The position numbers were made by a program, and so were the translations under genes. Under the pieces are notes generated by a model. The model did not search any database and was not told the DNA's origin. It worked only from the letters and a program-made list of their open reading frames with translations. Positions 42,810 to 52,759 of a stretch of DNA of 64,000 nucleotides are shown one piece after another. The stretch covers positions 71,756-135,755 of the forward strand of contig CACJUN010000003.1 of NCBI GenBank assembly GCA_902596665.1, read 5' to 3'. The stretch is from an uncultured SAR86 cluster bacterium (GTDB lineage Bacteria; Pseudomonadota; Gammaproteobacteria; Magnimaribacterales; AG-339-G14). How positions within the stretch are numbered: position 1 is the first letter of the stretch; every line of letters starts with the position of its first letter.

Positions 42810-43769
42810 TTAAGTCAAGTTTTCATTGGTTTTTAGACGATCCAATAAACTTTGAAAATCTTTAGGAATTTCGCTTTCAAAATTAACTGTTTCATTAGTC
42901 GAGGGATCTATAAATGAAAGTTCTCTAGCATGTAGGGCCTGTCTCGGAAACTTGATAATAAAATCTTTCAAATCGTCTGAAGTATTTTTTGCAAATCTTT
43001 GACTTGTTCCATAAGTTTTATCTCCAACGAGAGGATGTTTAATATGGCTAAAATGGACTCTAATTTGATGAGTTCTGCCTGTTTCTAAATAAGCTCGGAT
43101 ATAAGTATAAAATCCCAAAAATTCTAATACTTTAAATTTAGTAATTGCTTCTTTTCCTTTTTCTGTAACTGATTGTTTTGTTCTTACCGAACGATGCCTT
43201 CCAATTGGGAAGTCCAAAGTTCCTGCTCTCAACGTTTTTCCAATTACAATTAGGTCGTATCCCCTTTTAACGGTTCTAGAGGAGATTTGATCTGACAAAT
43301 GTTTATAAGCCTTCTCATTTCTTGCAATAACCATTAGTCCAGAAGTATCTTTGTCTAAACGATGAATTATTCCAGCTCTTGGAAGATCTGCCAGCTCTGG
43401 AAAGTTAAATAATAAACTGTTGAGAATTGTTCCTGATCTATTTCCTGAGCCCGGATGAACAACAATTCCTGGAGCTTTATTTATAACTATGAAATCCTTT
43501 GTCTGCTTTTTTATTTCAATCTCAATATCTTCAGGAAGATCTTCAACTTCAGCATCAATTAGACCAGATAAATTTATCTTGCTTCCAATTGAAGCTTTTT
43601 CGCTTACTTTGGAAATTGTTTGATTATCAATAGACAAAAAATCTAGTTCAATAAACTTTTTAATTTGCATTCTTGAGAACTCTGGATGTCTCTTGGATAC
43701 GATTACATCTATTCTTTTTCCTGACTCTTCAGCGTTGACCTCGAAATTAATTGAAATTTTTTTTGGCAT
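42810..43769 (-). CDS. rluD: 23S rRNA pseudouridine synthase RluD
   Basis: 319 aa with an N-terminal S4 domain, HRLDKDTSGL and TGRTHQIRVH. It is divergent from bamD, as in E. coli. Confidence 0.93.
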   Translation of the reverse strand: MPKKISINFEVNAEESGKRIDVIVSKRHPEFSRMQIKKFIELDFLSIDNQTISKVSEKASIGSKINLSGLIDAEVEDLPEDIEIEIKKQTKDFIVINKAPGIVVHPGSGNRSGTILNSLLFNFPELADLPRAGIIHRLDKDTSGLMVIARNEKAYKHLSDQISSRTVKRGYDLIVIGKTLRAGTLDFPIGRHRSVRTKQSVTEKGKEAITKFKVLEFLGFYTYIRAYLETGRTHQIRVHFSHIKHPLVGDKTYGTSQRFAKNTSDDLKDFIIKFPRQALHARELSFIDPSTNETVNFESEIPKDFQSLLDRLKTNENLT

Positions 43770-43803
43770 GTTTTTTTAATCTTTAAACAGATAGAATTAG
43801 CAG

Positions 43804-44577
43804 ATGCAAACTCGTAATAAGCATTATTTTATCTTTAATCTACTTTTTTTACTGATCTTGATGGGTTTATCCGCATCGTGTGCAAATAAAGAAGAAACTA
43901 TTGAAAGGATCTTGCTTGAAAAAGAACTATTTGATCAAGCGCAGAATAGATTGAGATCTGGCAATTTTGCTGCTGCCGCAATGAGTTTAGAAATGCTTGA
44001 GGCAAGATACCCTTTTGGAAGATTTGCGACGCAAGCTCAGTCAGAGCTTATTTATGCTTATTTTAAGTCAGCAAACTATAAGGCTGCCATATCAGCTGCT
44101 GATAGGTTTATCAGCTTGCATCCTAATCATCCAAATATAGATTACGCTTACTATTTGAAAGGGATGTCCGGTTACACAGCCGATATGTCTATTTTTAATC
44201 CAAATATGATTCTAGAGGATGCGGCCTCGAAAAGAGATCTCAATCAAGCAAAGAAATCGTTTTCTGACTTGAGTGATTTTTTACTTAGGTTTCCAGATAG
44301 TGACTACGCTGATCAAGCAAGGCAACGAATGGTTTTCTTAAGGAATTTGATCGCAAAAAAAGAAATCTATGTAGCGACTTTTTATATGGAAAGAAAGGCT
44401 TTTGTTGCTGCTTTAAACCGAGCTAATTATGTGATTGAACATCTCCCAAATAGCTCTCAAGTAGAAAAAGCTCTTGAGATTAAAATTGAAGCCTATAAAG
44501 AACTCAACCAGTCAGATTTGGCCAACATAACTCAAGACTTACTGGACGCTTTCAAAGAAAAGAAAATTAAATCCTAA
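43804..44577 (+). CDS. bamD: Outer membrane protein assembly factor BamD
   Basis: 257 aa with a lipobox (GLSASC) and TPR-like repeats (LEARYPFGRFATQAQ..., FPDSDYADQARQRM). Confidence 0.92.
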   Translation: MQTRNKHYFIFNLLFLLILMGLSASCANKEETIERILLEKELFDQAQNRLRSGNFAAAAMSLEMLEARYPFGRFATQAQSELIYAYFKSANYKAAISAADRFISLHPNHPNIDYAYYLKGMSGYTADMSIFNPNMILEDAASKRDLNQAKKSFSDLSDFLLRFPDSDYADQARQRMVFLRNLIAKKEIYVATFYMERKAFVAALNRANYVIEHLPNSSQVEKALEIKIEAYKELNQSDLANITQDLLDAFKEKKIKS

Positions 44578-44765
44578 TGGCTATTTTAATTTCAGTTTTA
44601 ATTTTTGTAGGAATAGTCGTTGGGCTTGCACGTCTTTTGGGAGAAAATTCAGTTGATATCAGTGAAGATCAATCCAGCATGGTCAAATGTATAGAATGCA
44701 ATGTTTATTTCCCTGCCTTAGAAGCTAGAAAAACATCAAGGGGTTGGATCTGTAAAGATCATTAA
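44577..44765 (+). CDS. Small membrane-anchored CxxC...CxxH protein downstream of bamD (PP0621-like, by recollection)
   Basis: 62 aa with an N-terminal TM helix (AILISVLIFVGIVVGLARLL) and a C-terminal CIECNVYFPALEARKTSRGWICKDH. It has a TAATG overlap with bamD. Confidence 0.6.
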   Translation: MAILISVLIFVGIVVGLARLLGENSVDISEDQSSMVKCIECNVYFPALEARKTSRGWICKDH

Positions 44766-47071
44766 AATTTGTATCTCAATTTAAGAATAAATTGATCAGA
44801 ATAAGTAGTCTCCCATCCGGTGGAATACAAATCTCCAAAAGATTTTAAATCTTTATCGTCGTCAAAATAATATCCTCCTCTTGTATAAACTGCATAAAAA
44901 TTAGAGAGAGGAGATAGTTCATATCTATACCTTATTTGAAATGCGACCTGACTTAATTCAAATGGATTAAGTGACCCGTCATAATTAATCATTTTTCCAT
45001 CCGAACTGACATAATAAGGATCCGGATCATCAGCAGTGAGTGAATAAAACTGAGCTTTAATTCTTAATTCGTGAATGTTGTCTTTAATCCATCCTAAAGA
45101 CAGAGAGGAAGATAATTTCTTCTTTTTGTAATAGCCAAATACATTATCAAATTCATATTTAACCCAATTTTCATATTCATCATATCTAATGAGAGCAAGA
45201 TTTAAGTCGAGATCATTAGAGGGCTTAATATTTGCTCCAATGTTGAATCCCCATCCCTCACCCCTTTTAGAATTTGATGGATTATCAAATTTATAACCCC
45301 CAGATGAACTTTCAATTTTTATGAAGGGTATAAAAGTCTTCTGTCTAGGTGCCGAATATCTCATATTCAAAGTGTACCCTCCCAACCTTCTTATAAAAGG
45401 AGAGTCCGGATGATCTCTTGCCTCAACAAAATCTTTTCCAGGAGATAAGATACATTCACAAAAAATATCTATTGAAGAAAAATCCTTAAGATCTAAATTA
45501 AGTGATATCCACGCCATTGCTCCACCATTTATTCCTGATATGCTTCGTTGGTGACCGCTATTCAGATCCAATGTAAGACTTCTAATTAAAGATTCTTCTG
45601 AGAAATTGGTTTCTTTGTAAACAGCCGTAATGCCTGTTTCTGCAAAATTTCTCATGTCCAGATAACCCATATCATTCATGTCATAGCCTTCATCATAGAT
45701 ACCAAAACCCCAAAGAGCGGAAAACTTTTCTGTAAAGTTTCTAGCCACTCTACCTCTTAAAGCTACGCCTTCGGCTGAAGTGGATTCTGAATCTATATTT
45801 GAATAACTTAACGTCCCTGAAAACCTACTTATTTCATCGAAAGAATAATCAAAGTCCATCGTATGAACTTGAGCAGCTCTTGATATGTTTGGACGATCAA
45901 CATAAGTTAAAAGATAGCCAATACGAAGAGCATCTAAGCTTTTTCTGTATCTTATGGACTGGAAATTCCTACCTTTATAGTATTTTCCATCTCGTTCAAA
46001 AGCTGAGAAAATTCCAAATTCATCATCTGCTTCCGTCTGTGTATATTTCAAGGCTAAATCAATTTCACTGTAGGTTTTTCTTTGTGAGTTACAATCTGAT
46101 TCGTCTATTTCTGAAGCGCAATCGTAGTCTGGTCGGGCACCGATTCTTCTGGTATTGATGAGAAAAGAAGTTCGACCCCTTATTTGAAAAAGATCCTGAT
46201 TTTCAGTAAAAAACGGTCGTTTATCTTCATAAAAAGTCTCCAAAGCATCAAAACTTACTATGACATCATCACTTTCTACTTGCCCAAAATCAGGATTTAA
46301 AGTGACGTCTAATCTTTTTTCTGAATCAATAGCCCAAAATATTTCTCCCCCAATTTTATTTTCTTGCTCCCCAGTAACTTCCTCTTGGGAAACTGAAATA
46401 TATGGAAAGAAATCAACTTCTGAGGAAGAATTCTTAGCGAAATTTCTTAATTTTATAGGATGAAATCTTGAGATAAATTTTGTATCTGTCCAATTAATCT
46501 TAGGAAAACCATGCCATTCATTTTTAAGAAAATAACCTCTAGACGTCCTGACATTAACTTCAATAAATTCTGCATCTGAGTCTTCCAATGGAGCAACATC
46601 CCATGGAATCATAAACTCAGCAAACCAAGCATCGTCGTTTTGAGATGTTTTAACGAACCAAATTGCATCCCAGTCTAATGACGGTTGATTTTCATTTGCC
46701 CAAACTGCATCACTGATGGATCCGCCCAAAGTAACTGAAAAACTATATGCTCTTATACCGTTTCCATTAAAGTCAATTGCAATGAATGCTCTATCTGCTG
46801 ATGCATCCATTACATCTCTTTTATGGAGTAAAGAAGTTTGATCCTCTATAGGTTGTTGAAAATTTTTAAACCCAAAATATATTCCATCCTCATTAGCAAA
46901 ATATAAAACTTCGGTTGCAACTTCTGGAATTGCATAAGTTAGAGGTTCGGTAACAAAAAAAGTATCAATGACTCCTGCAGAATCCCACTCAATTTCATTT
47001 AATTTGCCATCAACAATAATCTCTGCAGATAGCGGTGCAAATAAAAATAAAAGTATTAATTTTCTAACCAT
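44762..47071 (-). CDS. CBM9-like + DUF5916 outer-membrane beta-barrel protein, paralog 1
   Basis: The start is placed at the ATG at 47071, giving the signal peptide MVRKLILLFLFAPLSA/EIIVDG; the tracked start at 47092 is a GTG. It has the NPDFGQVESDD motif and a C-terminal OMP beta-signal ending in Phe (LKLRYKF). Confidence 0.8.
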   Translation of the reverse strand: MVRKLILLFLFAPLSAEIIVDGKLNEIEWDSAGVIDTFFVTEPLTYAIPEVATEVLYFANEDGIYFGFKNFQQPIEDQTSLLHKRDVMDASADRAFIAIDFNGNGIRAYSFSVTLGGSISDAVWANENQPSLDWDAIWFVKTSQNDDAWFAEFMIPWDVAPLEDSDAEFIEVNVRTSRGYFLKNEWHGFPKINWTDTKFISRFHPIKLRNFAKNSSSEVDFFPYISVSQEEVTGEQENKIGGEIFWAIDSEKRLDVTLNPDFGQVESDDVIVSFDALETFYEDKRPFFTENQDLFQIRGRTSFLINTRRIGARPDYDCASEIDESDCNSQRKTYSEIDLALKYTQTEADDEFGIFSAFERDGKYYKGRNFQSIRYRKSLDALRIGYLLTYVDRPNISRAAQVHTMDFDYSFDEISRFSGTLSYSNIDSESTSAEGVALRGRVARNFTEKFSALWGFGIYDEGYDMNDMGYLDMRNFAETGITAVYKETNFSEESLIRSLTLDLNSGHQRSISGINGGAMAWISLNLDLKDFSSIDIFCECILSPGKDFVEARDHPDSPFIRRLGGYTLNMRYSAPRQKTFIPFIKIESSSGGYKFDNPSNSKRGEGWGFNIGANIKPSNDLDLNLALIRYDEYENWVKYEFDNVFGYYKKKKLSSSLSLGWIKDNIHELRIKAQFYSLTADDPDPYYVSSDGKMINYDGSLNPFELSQVAFQIRYRYELSPLSNFYAVYTRGGYYFDDDKDLKSFGDLYSTGWETTYSDQFILKLRYKF

Positions 47072-47230
47072 ATTGAATGCTTTGCATAGCACTGGTGTAA
47101 ATCTGAAAAAAGATTAACCTGTCAAGAAAGATATTTTATCTGAAATCATATGATCAATGTTGAAGTCAGATTAACTTATATATTTTTTATTGGAAGTTAT
47201 GAATATTTTTGATTAGTTTATTAACTATTT

Positions 47231-49579
47231 TTACGATGAAAATCTGTATCTTATTTTTACAATAAATTGATCCGAGTATGTTGTATCCCATCCTTTTGTA
47301 TAAAGCTTATCAAATGATGATGAGGACATATCAGAGCTGAAATAATCTCCACCTCTAGTGTAGACCACATAAATATGAGATAGAGGTGCCAACTCATACC
47401 TATACCTGATTTGAAATGCCACTTGGCTCAACTCAAATGAATTTAGGTTAGCATCAGCGGACTTCATTTTTCCTTCAGGTGATACAAAGAAAGCTTCAGG
47501 ATCTTCTGCAGTTAAAGAGTAAAACTGAGCTTTTATTCTTAATTCATGCTTTCTTTCATAATACCCTAAAGATAAAGAGGATGAGAGTTTCTTCTTATGG
47601 TAGTAACCGAACACGTTATCGTATTCAAATTTACTCCAGTTTTCGTCCTCATCATATCTAATTAGACCCAAATTAATATTAAGATTATCTGTTGGTTTTA
47701 CAGTTGCGCCCAAATTAAAACCCCAACCTTCCTCTTTTCTCGATAGCAAAGAATCATCAAATTCATATCCTGATGATCTGCTTTCCACCTTCATAGAAGG
47801 AATAAATATAAGAGTCTCTGGCGCCTCATAGCTAATAGCAAAGGTGTATCCTCCTTTATTTCTAATATAAGGTGCATCTTGGAAACCTCTCGTTTCCATA
47901 TAATCTTTACCTGGATCAAGAAAGCACTCACAACTCAGTCTTACAGAAGAAAAATCCTTAAAATCCAGACTTAAACTCACATTAGCTAAAGACCCACCGT
48001 ATATTCCTGAGGCACTTTTATTAAATCCACCATTCGAGTCAACAGTCAAACTTTGGAGAGGAGAGTTTTTAGCAAATTCAGCTTCTCTATAGTTTGCTAC
48101 CCATCCAGTTGACATATACTCCTTCATTTCACTGTAACCCATATCGTTAATGTCATATCCTTTGCCATAAGATGAGAAAGCCCATAAACCAGAGAATTTT
48201 TTTGTAAATTGTTTCGAGATAAGAGCTCTTATTGCAGCTCCATTCTTGGATAAATTAGGATCATCAATATCTGAGTAGCTTAACATTCCAAAAAAACGAG
48301 TATCTTGATTAATAAAATATTCGTAATCAAAAGTGTGTACTTGAGCGCTCCTAGAAATGTTTGGTTTATCTGCATAAGTTAGAAGATAGCCTACTTTCCC
48401 TTCATTAAAATTTCTTCTGTAGCGAATAGCTTGGAAATTTCTTCCTTTATAAATATCCGTTCCTCTTTCAAAAGCAGAGAAGATACCAAACTCGTTAAGT
48501 GCTCCTGATTGGGTATATCTTAGGGCAAGGTCGATATCGCTAGTAGATGAATTATCTTGAAGACATTTTTCAGCTAATCGTTCGCTAAGCTCATTACAAT
48601 CATAATCTGGTGCTGCTCCAATTCTTCTTGTATTTATTAGATAAGTTCTCCAGCCAGTTATTTGAAATAAGTTTTGATTTTCAGTGAAGAATGGTCTCCT
48701 ATCTTCATAATAAGTCTCTGTTGAATCAAAATTCACAATAACATCATCGCTTTCTACTTGGCCAAAATCAGGATTTATAGTTACATCTAATCTCTTTTCA
48801 GCATCTATAGACCAAAATATTTCTCCACCTATTTTATTTATTTGCTCGTCTGTAACTTGCTCTTGTGACATTGAAATATATGGGTAGAAGTCAGCATCAC
48901 TTTGAGCATCACGGGCATAATTCTTGATTCTTATAGGTTCAAATTTTGATAAAAAGGCTGAATCGGTGCTCCAAATAGCAGGAAAACTTGACCATTCATT
49001 ACTGAGAAAATCGAAAGTATTTATTCTAATTTTTATTTCTAGTTCATCTTCAGTAGAAGAACTAATAGGTGCTACATCCCAAGGTATCAAGAATTCAGAG
49101 TACCAAGCTTCTCCATCTTGACTGGTTTTGACGAACCACACCCCATCCCAATCCTGATTGAACTGATTCTCATTTGAAACAGTGCCGTCGCCAACCGAAT
49201 CTCCTAAGGAAGTTCCAAAAGAATATCCATTGTTACCATTACCAACAAAATCAATGATAATGAAATTTCTATCTCCGTCTGCCATCCATGCATCCCGCTT
49301 ATGTTGAATCGGCGTTTGTCTTTCTGGAGGTTTAAAATTTTTAAAACCAAAATAAATTCCTTTTTCATTGGCAAAATATAAAACTTCGGTTTTGTATTTT
49401 GATTTCTCTAAGGTGTTTGGCTGCACGACTACAAGGTCATCAATCAGCTTTGCTGAGCTCCATTCTTCTTCGTCAAGAATTCCATCGATGAAAATTTCAC
49501 TGACCGAAAAGTTAGATAAAGTGAGTAAGTAGAAAAAAATAAATAATTTTTTCTTGAATTTTAAGATTTCGTAAATCAA
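47231..49579 (-). CDS. CBM9-like + DUF5916 outer-membrane beta-barrel protein, paralog 2
   Basis: 782 aa (TTG start in the track) with a signal peptide. It is collinear with paralog 1 along its whole length, roughly 55-65% identity by eye. It has the same NPDFGQVESDD motif and ends VKIRYRFSS. Confidence 0.8.
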   Translation of the reverse strand: MIYEILKFKKKLFIFFYLLTLSNFSVSEIFIDGILDEEEWSSAKLIDDLVVVQPNTLEKSKYKTEVLYFANEKGIYFGFKNFKPPERQTPIQHKRDAWMADGDRNFIIIDFVGNGNNGYSFGTSLGDSVGDGTVSNENQFNQDWDGVWFVKTSQDGEAWYSEFLIPWDVAPISSSTEDELEIKIRINTFDFLSNEWSSFPAIWSTDSAFLSKFEPIRIKNYARDAQSDADFYPYISMSQEQVTDEQINKIGGEIFWSIDAEKRLDVTINPDFGQVESDDVIVNFDSTETYYEDRRPFFTENQNLFQITGWRTYLINTRRIGAAPDYDCNELSERLAEKCLQDNSSTSDIDLALRYTQSGALNEFGIFSAFERGTDIYKGRNFQAIRYRRNFNEGKVGYLLTYADKPNISRSAQVHTFDYEYFINQDTRFFGMLSYSDIDDPNLSKNGAAIRALISKQFTKKFSGLWAFSSYGKGYDINDMGYSEMKEYMSTGWVANYREAEFAKNSPLQSLTVDSNGGFNKSASGIYGGSLANVSLSLDFKDFSSVRLSCECFLDPGKDYMETRGFQDAPYIRNKGGYTFAISYEAPETLIFIPSMKVESRSSGYEFDDSLLSRKEEGWGFNLGATVKPTDNLNINLGLIRYDEDENWSKFEYDNVFGYYHKKKLSSSLSLGYYERKHELRIKAQFYSLTAEDPEAFFVSPEGKMKSADANLNSFELSQVAFQIRYRYELAPLSHIYVVYTRGGDYFSSDMSSSSFDKLYTKGWDTTYSDQFIVKIRYRFSS

Positions 49580-49598
49580 TAGAGTTTATAAAGAGGAT

Positions 49599-49997
49599 TT
49601 ATTTAACAAAGATCGTAATTTTATCTGAAATCACTGGCTCTTTGTGTGGAATGTGGAGATAGTTACCCATTAATAGTTGCAAGGTTCTTTTTCCTTTTGG
49701 TAATTCAAGGATTGTTTCAGTTTGACCTTTGCCAAAATGAATATGATTTTTATTAGCGGGGATAGGTTTAGAAAGATCAGGCAAATCTTCTAAATCAACA
49801 AGAAGATGATGATGCCCAGTATTAGGAAAATCTATTCCAGCTGGAGCCACCCCCATTCCAGATAACCCAAAAACTATTTTTACAGGCCCATTTACAGTTG
49901 CGCCATCTTTAGGCTCAATAAAATAAAGTTTATTCTCGCCTGAAAATGCCAGGTTTGAGCACAAAATAAAAATCAAAAGATAAAGAAACTTAAACAT
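49599..49997 (-). CDS. DUF4399 domain protein, secreted
   Basis: 132 aa with a signal peptide, the family-typical FIEPKDGATV...VKIVFGLSGMGVAPAG and the His cluster TGHHHLLVD. Confidence 0.7.
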   Translation of the reverse strand: MFKFLYLLIFILCSNLAFSGENKLYFIEPKDGATVNGPVKIVFGLSGMGVAPAGIDFPNTGHHHLLVDLEDLPDLSKPIPANKNHIHFGKGQTETILELPKGKRTLQLLMGNYLHIPHKEPVISDKITIFVK

Positions 49998-50448
49998 ATT
50001 TTCCTTCTTGATATACCAAGGGTTTTAAAGCGTCATTATGAATTAAATCTTGAACCTCGCCAACGAAGATTGAGTGAGTTGTGTCTTCCATAATTTCTTT
50101 TAAATTACAGAAGAGGTTTGATTGAGCATTCTCTAAATACGGTGTCTCTTCTTTATTAAGCCAAGAATCATTTGAAAATCTTTCATTGATTTTCTCTGAG
50201 TTGCTACAAATATCTGCTACATGTTTTTGTCCATTGCTTAATAAATTAAGACAAAACGATTGAGTAGTTTTTAAAAAATCATGCATGGCAGCAGATTTAT
50301 TAATGCAAACTAACATTCTTGGTGGATCAGCTGATAACGATGCTACTGAAGAAACTGTCATTGCCTCTTTCGAATCTGAATTTCCTGAAGAAATTACATA
50401 TACAGTTTGAGCTTGCGTTCTTAAAATATTTAGAAATATATCTTGCAT
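49990..50448 (-). CDS. Flavin reductase family protein (FMN-binding split barrel)
   Basis: 152 aa with MTVSSVASLSADPPRMLVCINKSAAMHDFL, typical of HpaC/RutF-like flavin reductases. It overlaps the DUF4399 gene by 8 nt. Confidence 0.8.
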   Translation of the reverse strand: MQDIFLNILRTQAQTVYVISSGNSDSKEAMTVSSVASLSADPPRMLVCINKSAAMHDFLKTTQSFCLNLLSNGQKHVADICSNSEKINERFSNDSWLNKEETPYLENAQSNLFCNLKEIMEDTTHSIFVGEVQDLIHNDALKPLVYQEGKYV

Positions 50449-50486
50449 TGATAAGTGATTAGAAAAGAGAATTATAAAAGAAAATT

Positions 50487-51056
50487 ATGAGCAATAAAGC
50501 AAATAAAGGTTCATTTAGAATAATCAGTGGAAAATACAAAGGAAGAAAATTTGAATTCTTACCTTCTAGTGATCTTAGGCCAACTCCAGATAGACTTAGG
50601 GAAACATTATTTAATTGGCTTGGACAGGTCATTGATCGGAAGACTTGTCTTGATTTATTTTCTGGGACAGGTTCTTTAGGATTGGAATCATTGTCTAGAG
50701 GAGCTCAAAAAGTTACATTTGTCGAAAAAAATTTTGAGCACTTTGACAAATTAAAAGGCTATCTCAAAAAGCTAGGTACTATTGAGAATATATCAATAAT
50801 TAATAAGGATGCCCTTGCTTGGTTAGATGAGGCGAATGATGAATTTGATCTAATTTTTGTTGATCCTCCATTCTATGAACAACTTGCTGAAAAAGTTCTT
50901 TTAAAAATTAAAACAAAATCTCTTCTTACTAAATCTGGAAATATTTATCTTGAAGTAGAAAAAGATCTAGACTTAAGTTTTTTAGAAAATAATTGGGAGG
51001 TTATAAAAGAGACTAACTCTGGCAGGAAGCAATATCTACTTCTCAAAGAAAAATAG
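50487..51056 (+). CDS. rsmD: 16S rRNA (guanine966-N2)-methyltransferase
   Basis: 189 aa with RIISGKYKGRK, LDLFSGTGSLGLE and the DPPF motif. Confidence 0.9.
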   Translation: MSNKANKGSFRIISGKYKGRKFEFLPSSDLRPTPDRLRETLFNWLGQVIDRKTCLDLFSGTGSLGLESLSRGAQKVTFVEKNFEHFDKLKGYLKKLGTIENISIINKDALAWLDEANDEFDLIFVDPPFYEQLAEKVLLKIKTKSLLTKSGNIYLEVEKDLDLSFLENNWEVIKETNSGRKQYLLLKEK

Positions 51057-52319
51057 TTATTTTCCTTTCTTCATTGAACTGAAGAATTCATTGTTTGTCT
51101 TGTGTTTTCCAAGTTTGTCTATCAGCCATTCAGTTGCATCGACATCTTCCATATCATTGAGAAGCTTTCTTAGAATATTTATTCTTTGAAGTTCGGCATC
51201 ATCGGTTATCAGCTCTTCTCTTCTCGTGCCTGAACGCCTTATGTTAATAGCTGGAAAGACTCTTCTTTCAGCAATTGCTCTATCAAGATGAATTTCTTGA
51301 TTTCCAGTACCTTTAAATTCTTCGTAAATTACTTCGTCCATCCTCGATCCGGTGTCAATAAGCGCTGTAGCAATAATGGTGAGACTTCCTCCACCTTCTA
51401 TATTTCTGGCAGCACCAAAAAATCTTTTTGGTTTTTCAAGGGCATTAGCGTCAACACCACCTGTTAATATTTTCCCAGAAGCCGCTTGAGTAGAGTTATA
51501 AGCTCTTGCCAAACGAGTGATTGAATCTAACAAAATAATGACATCGTTTTTTGTTTCAACAAGTCTTCTGGCTTTGGCAATTACCATCTCAGCTACTTGA
51601 ACATGTCTTGATGGAGGTTCGTCAAAGGTAGACGCGATTACTTCCCCTCGAACAGAACGTTTCATGTCAGTAACCTCTTCAGGTCTTTCATCAACCAAAA
51701 GAACCATGAGCTTGCTGTCAGGGCTATTCCTTTCAATTGAATGGGCGATGGTTTGAAGAAGAAGAGTTTTTCCTGCTTTGGGTGGAGAAACGATAAGCCC
51801 TCTCTGCCCCTTACCTGTTGGGGCAGTTAAATCAATTATTCTTGCTGATAAATCTTCAGTTGTTCCATTCCCTGCCTCCATCACAATTCTTTCTTCAGGA
51901 AACAAAGGTGTTAAGTTTTCAAAAGCGACCTTTGATTTCGTTTGCTCTGGTGCATTAAAGTTGATCTCATCAATCTTTAACAAGGCAAAATATCTCTCGC
52001 CCTCTTTTGGTGGTCTTATTTTTCCAGATATAGAATCACCTGTTTTGAGTCCAAATCTTCTTATTTGGCTTGGTGAAACATATATGTCGTCTGCACCTGC
52101 TAAATAAGAAGAAGACGGTGATCTCAAAAACCCAAACCCATCATTTAAAATTTCAAGAACTCCCTCGCCCTCAATATCCTCACCTTTTCCAGAATGAGAT
52201 TTGAGAATTCCAAAAATAACATCTTGTTTTTTTGAGCGGGCTAAATTTTCAATACCCATTTCCTCAGCGAGACTGAGCAATTCTTCTACGGGCTTGGCTT
52301 TTAATTCGCCTAAATGCAT
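51057..52319 (-). CDS. rho: Transcription termination factor Rho
   Basis: 420 aa with [21 protein letters not shown], the Walker A motif PPKAGKT and RLARAYN. Confidence 0.98.
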   Translation of the reverse strand: MHLGELKAKPVEELLSLAEEMGIENLARSKKQDVIFGILKSHSGKGEDIEGEGVLEILNDGFGFLRSPSSSYLAGADDIYVSPSQIRRFGLKTGDSISGKIRPPKEGERYFALLKIDEINFNAPEQTKSKVAFENLTPLFPEERIVMEAGNGTTEDLSARIIDLTAPTGKGQRGLIVSPPKAGKTLLLQTIAHSIERNSPDSKLMVLLVDERPEEVTDMKRSVRGEVIASTFDEPPSRHVQVAEMVIAKARRLVETKNDVIILLDSITRLARAYNSTQAASGKILTGGVDANALEKPKRFFGAARNIEGGGSLTIIATALIDTGSRMDEVIYEEFKGTGNQEIHLDRAIAERRVFPAINIRRSGTRREELITDDAELQRINILRKLLNDMEDVDATEWLIDKLGKHKTNNEFFSSMKKGK

Positions 52320-52403
52320 AACAAATTTTGGGATTTAATTAAAGATTGTCTAAGACAAGGTGAATAAATGTAACACCTTAGTTAGCCCTAGTCTAGGTTA
52401 AAT

Positions 52404-52724
52404 TTATAGGTGTTGTTCCAAAAAAGATAGAAGCTGAGACTTTGATAATGCACCTATCGCCTGATCAACTACCTCTCCTTCTTTGAATAAAACTAAAGTT
52501 GGAATGCTCATTATGTTTAATTGGGCTGCTAATTCTTGATTTTCATCCACATCAACTTTGCCAACCGTCAGCTTATCTGACATATCTGAAGCAACTTCCT
52601 CAAGTATTGGAGCTACCATCTTGCATGGACCACACCATTCTGCCCAATAATCGACTAAAACAGGTTTATTTGACCCAACCGTTTCTGTGAAGTTTTCCTT
52701 ATTTAATTCTATTGTGTTACTCAT
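52404..52724 (-). CDS. trxA: Thioredoxin
   Basis: 106 aa with a WCGPCK active site. It lies upstream of rho, as in E. coli. Confidence 0.97.
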   Translation of the reverse strand: MSNTIELNKENFTETVGSNKPVLVDYWAEWCGPCKMVAPILEEVASDMSDKLTVGKVDVDENQELAAQLNIMSIPTLVLFKEGEVVDQAIGALSKSQLLSFLEQHL

Positions 52725-52759
52725 AATTTTTATATTAGGTTAAATTTTAAAAATGCAAA

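Noticed and set aside
47093-47230. Repeated 8-mers in the spacer between the DUF5916 paralogs: ATCTGAAA at 47101 and 47138, AGATTAAC at 47111 and 47168
   Set aside because: They are short repeats in a very AT-rich 138-bp spacer, and roughly one such repeat is expected by chance. There is no symmetry or spacing pattern that I can defend as an operator.
52320-52403. Small hairpins in the trxA-rho spacer (AAGGTG-N11-CACCTT; TTGTCTTAGACAA) as a rho leader attenuator or trxA terminator
   Set aside because: The stems are only 5-6 bp with weak or absent T-runs. That is not enough to call without folding energetics or transcript data.
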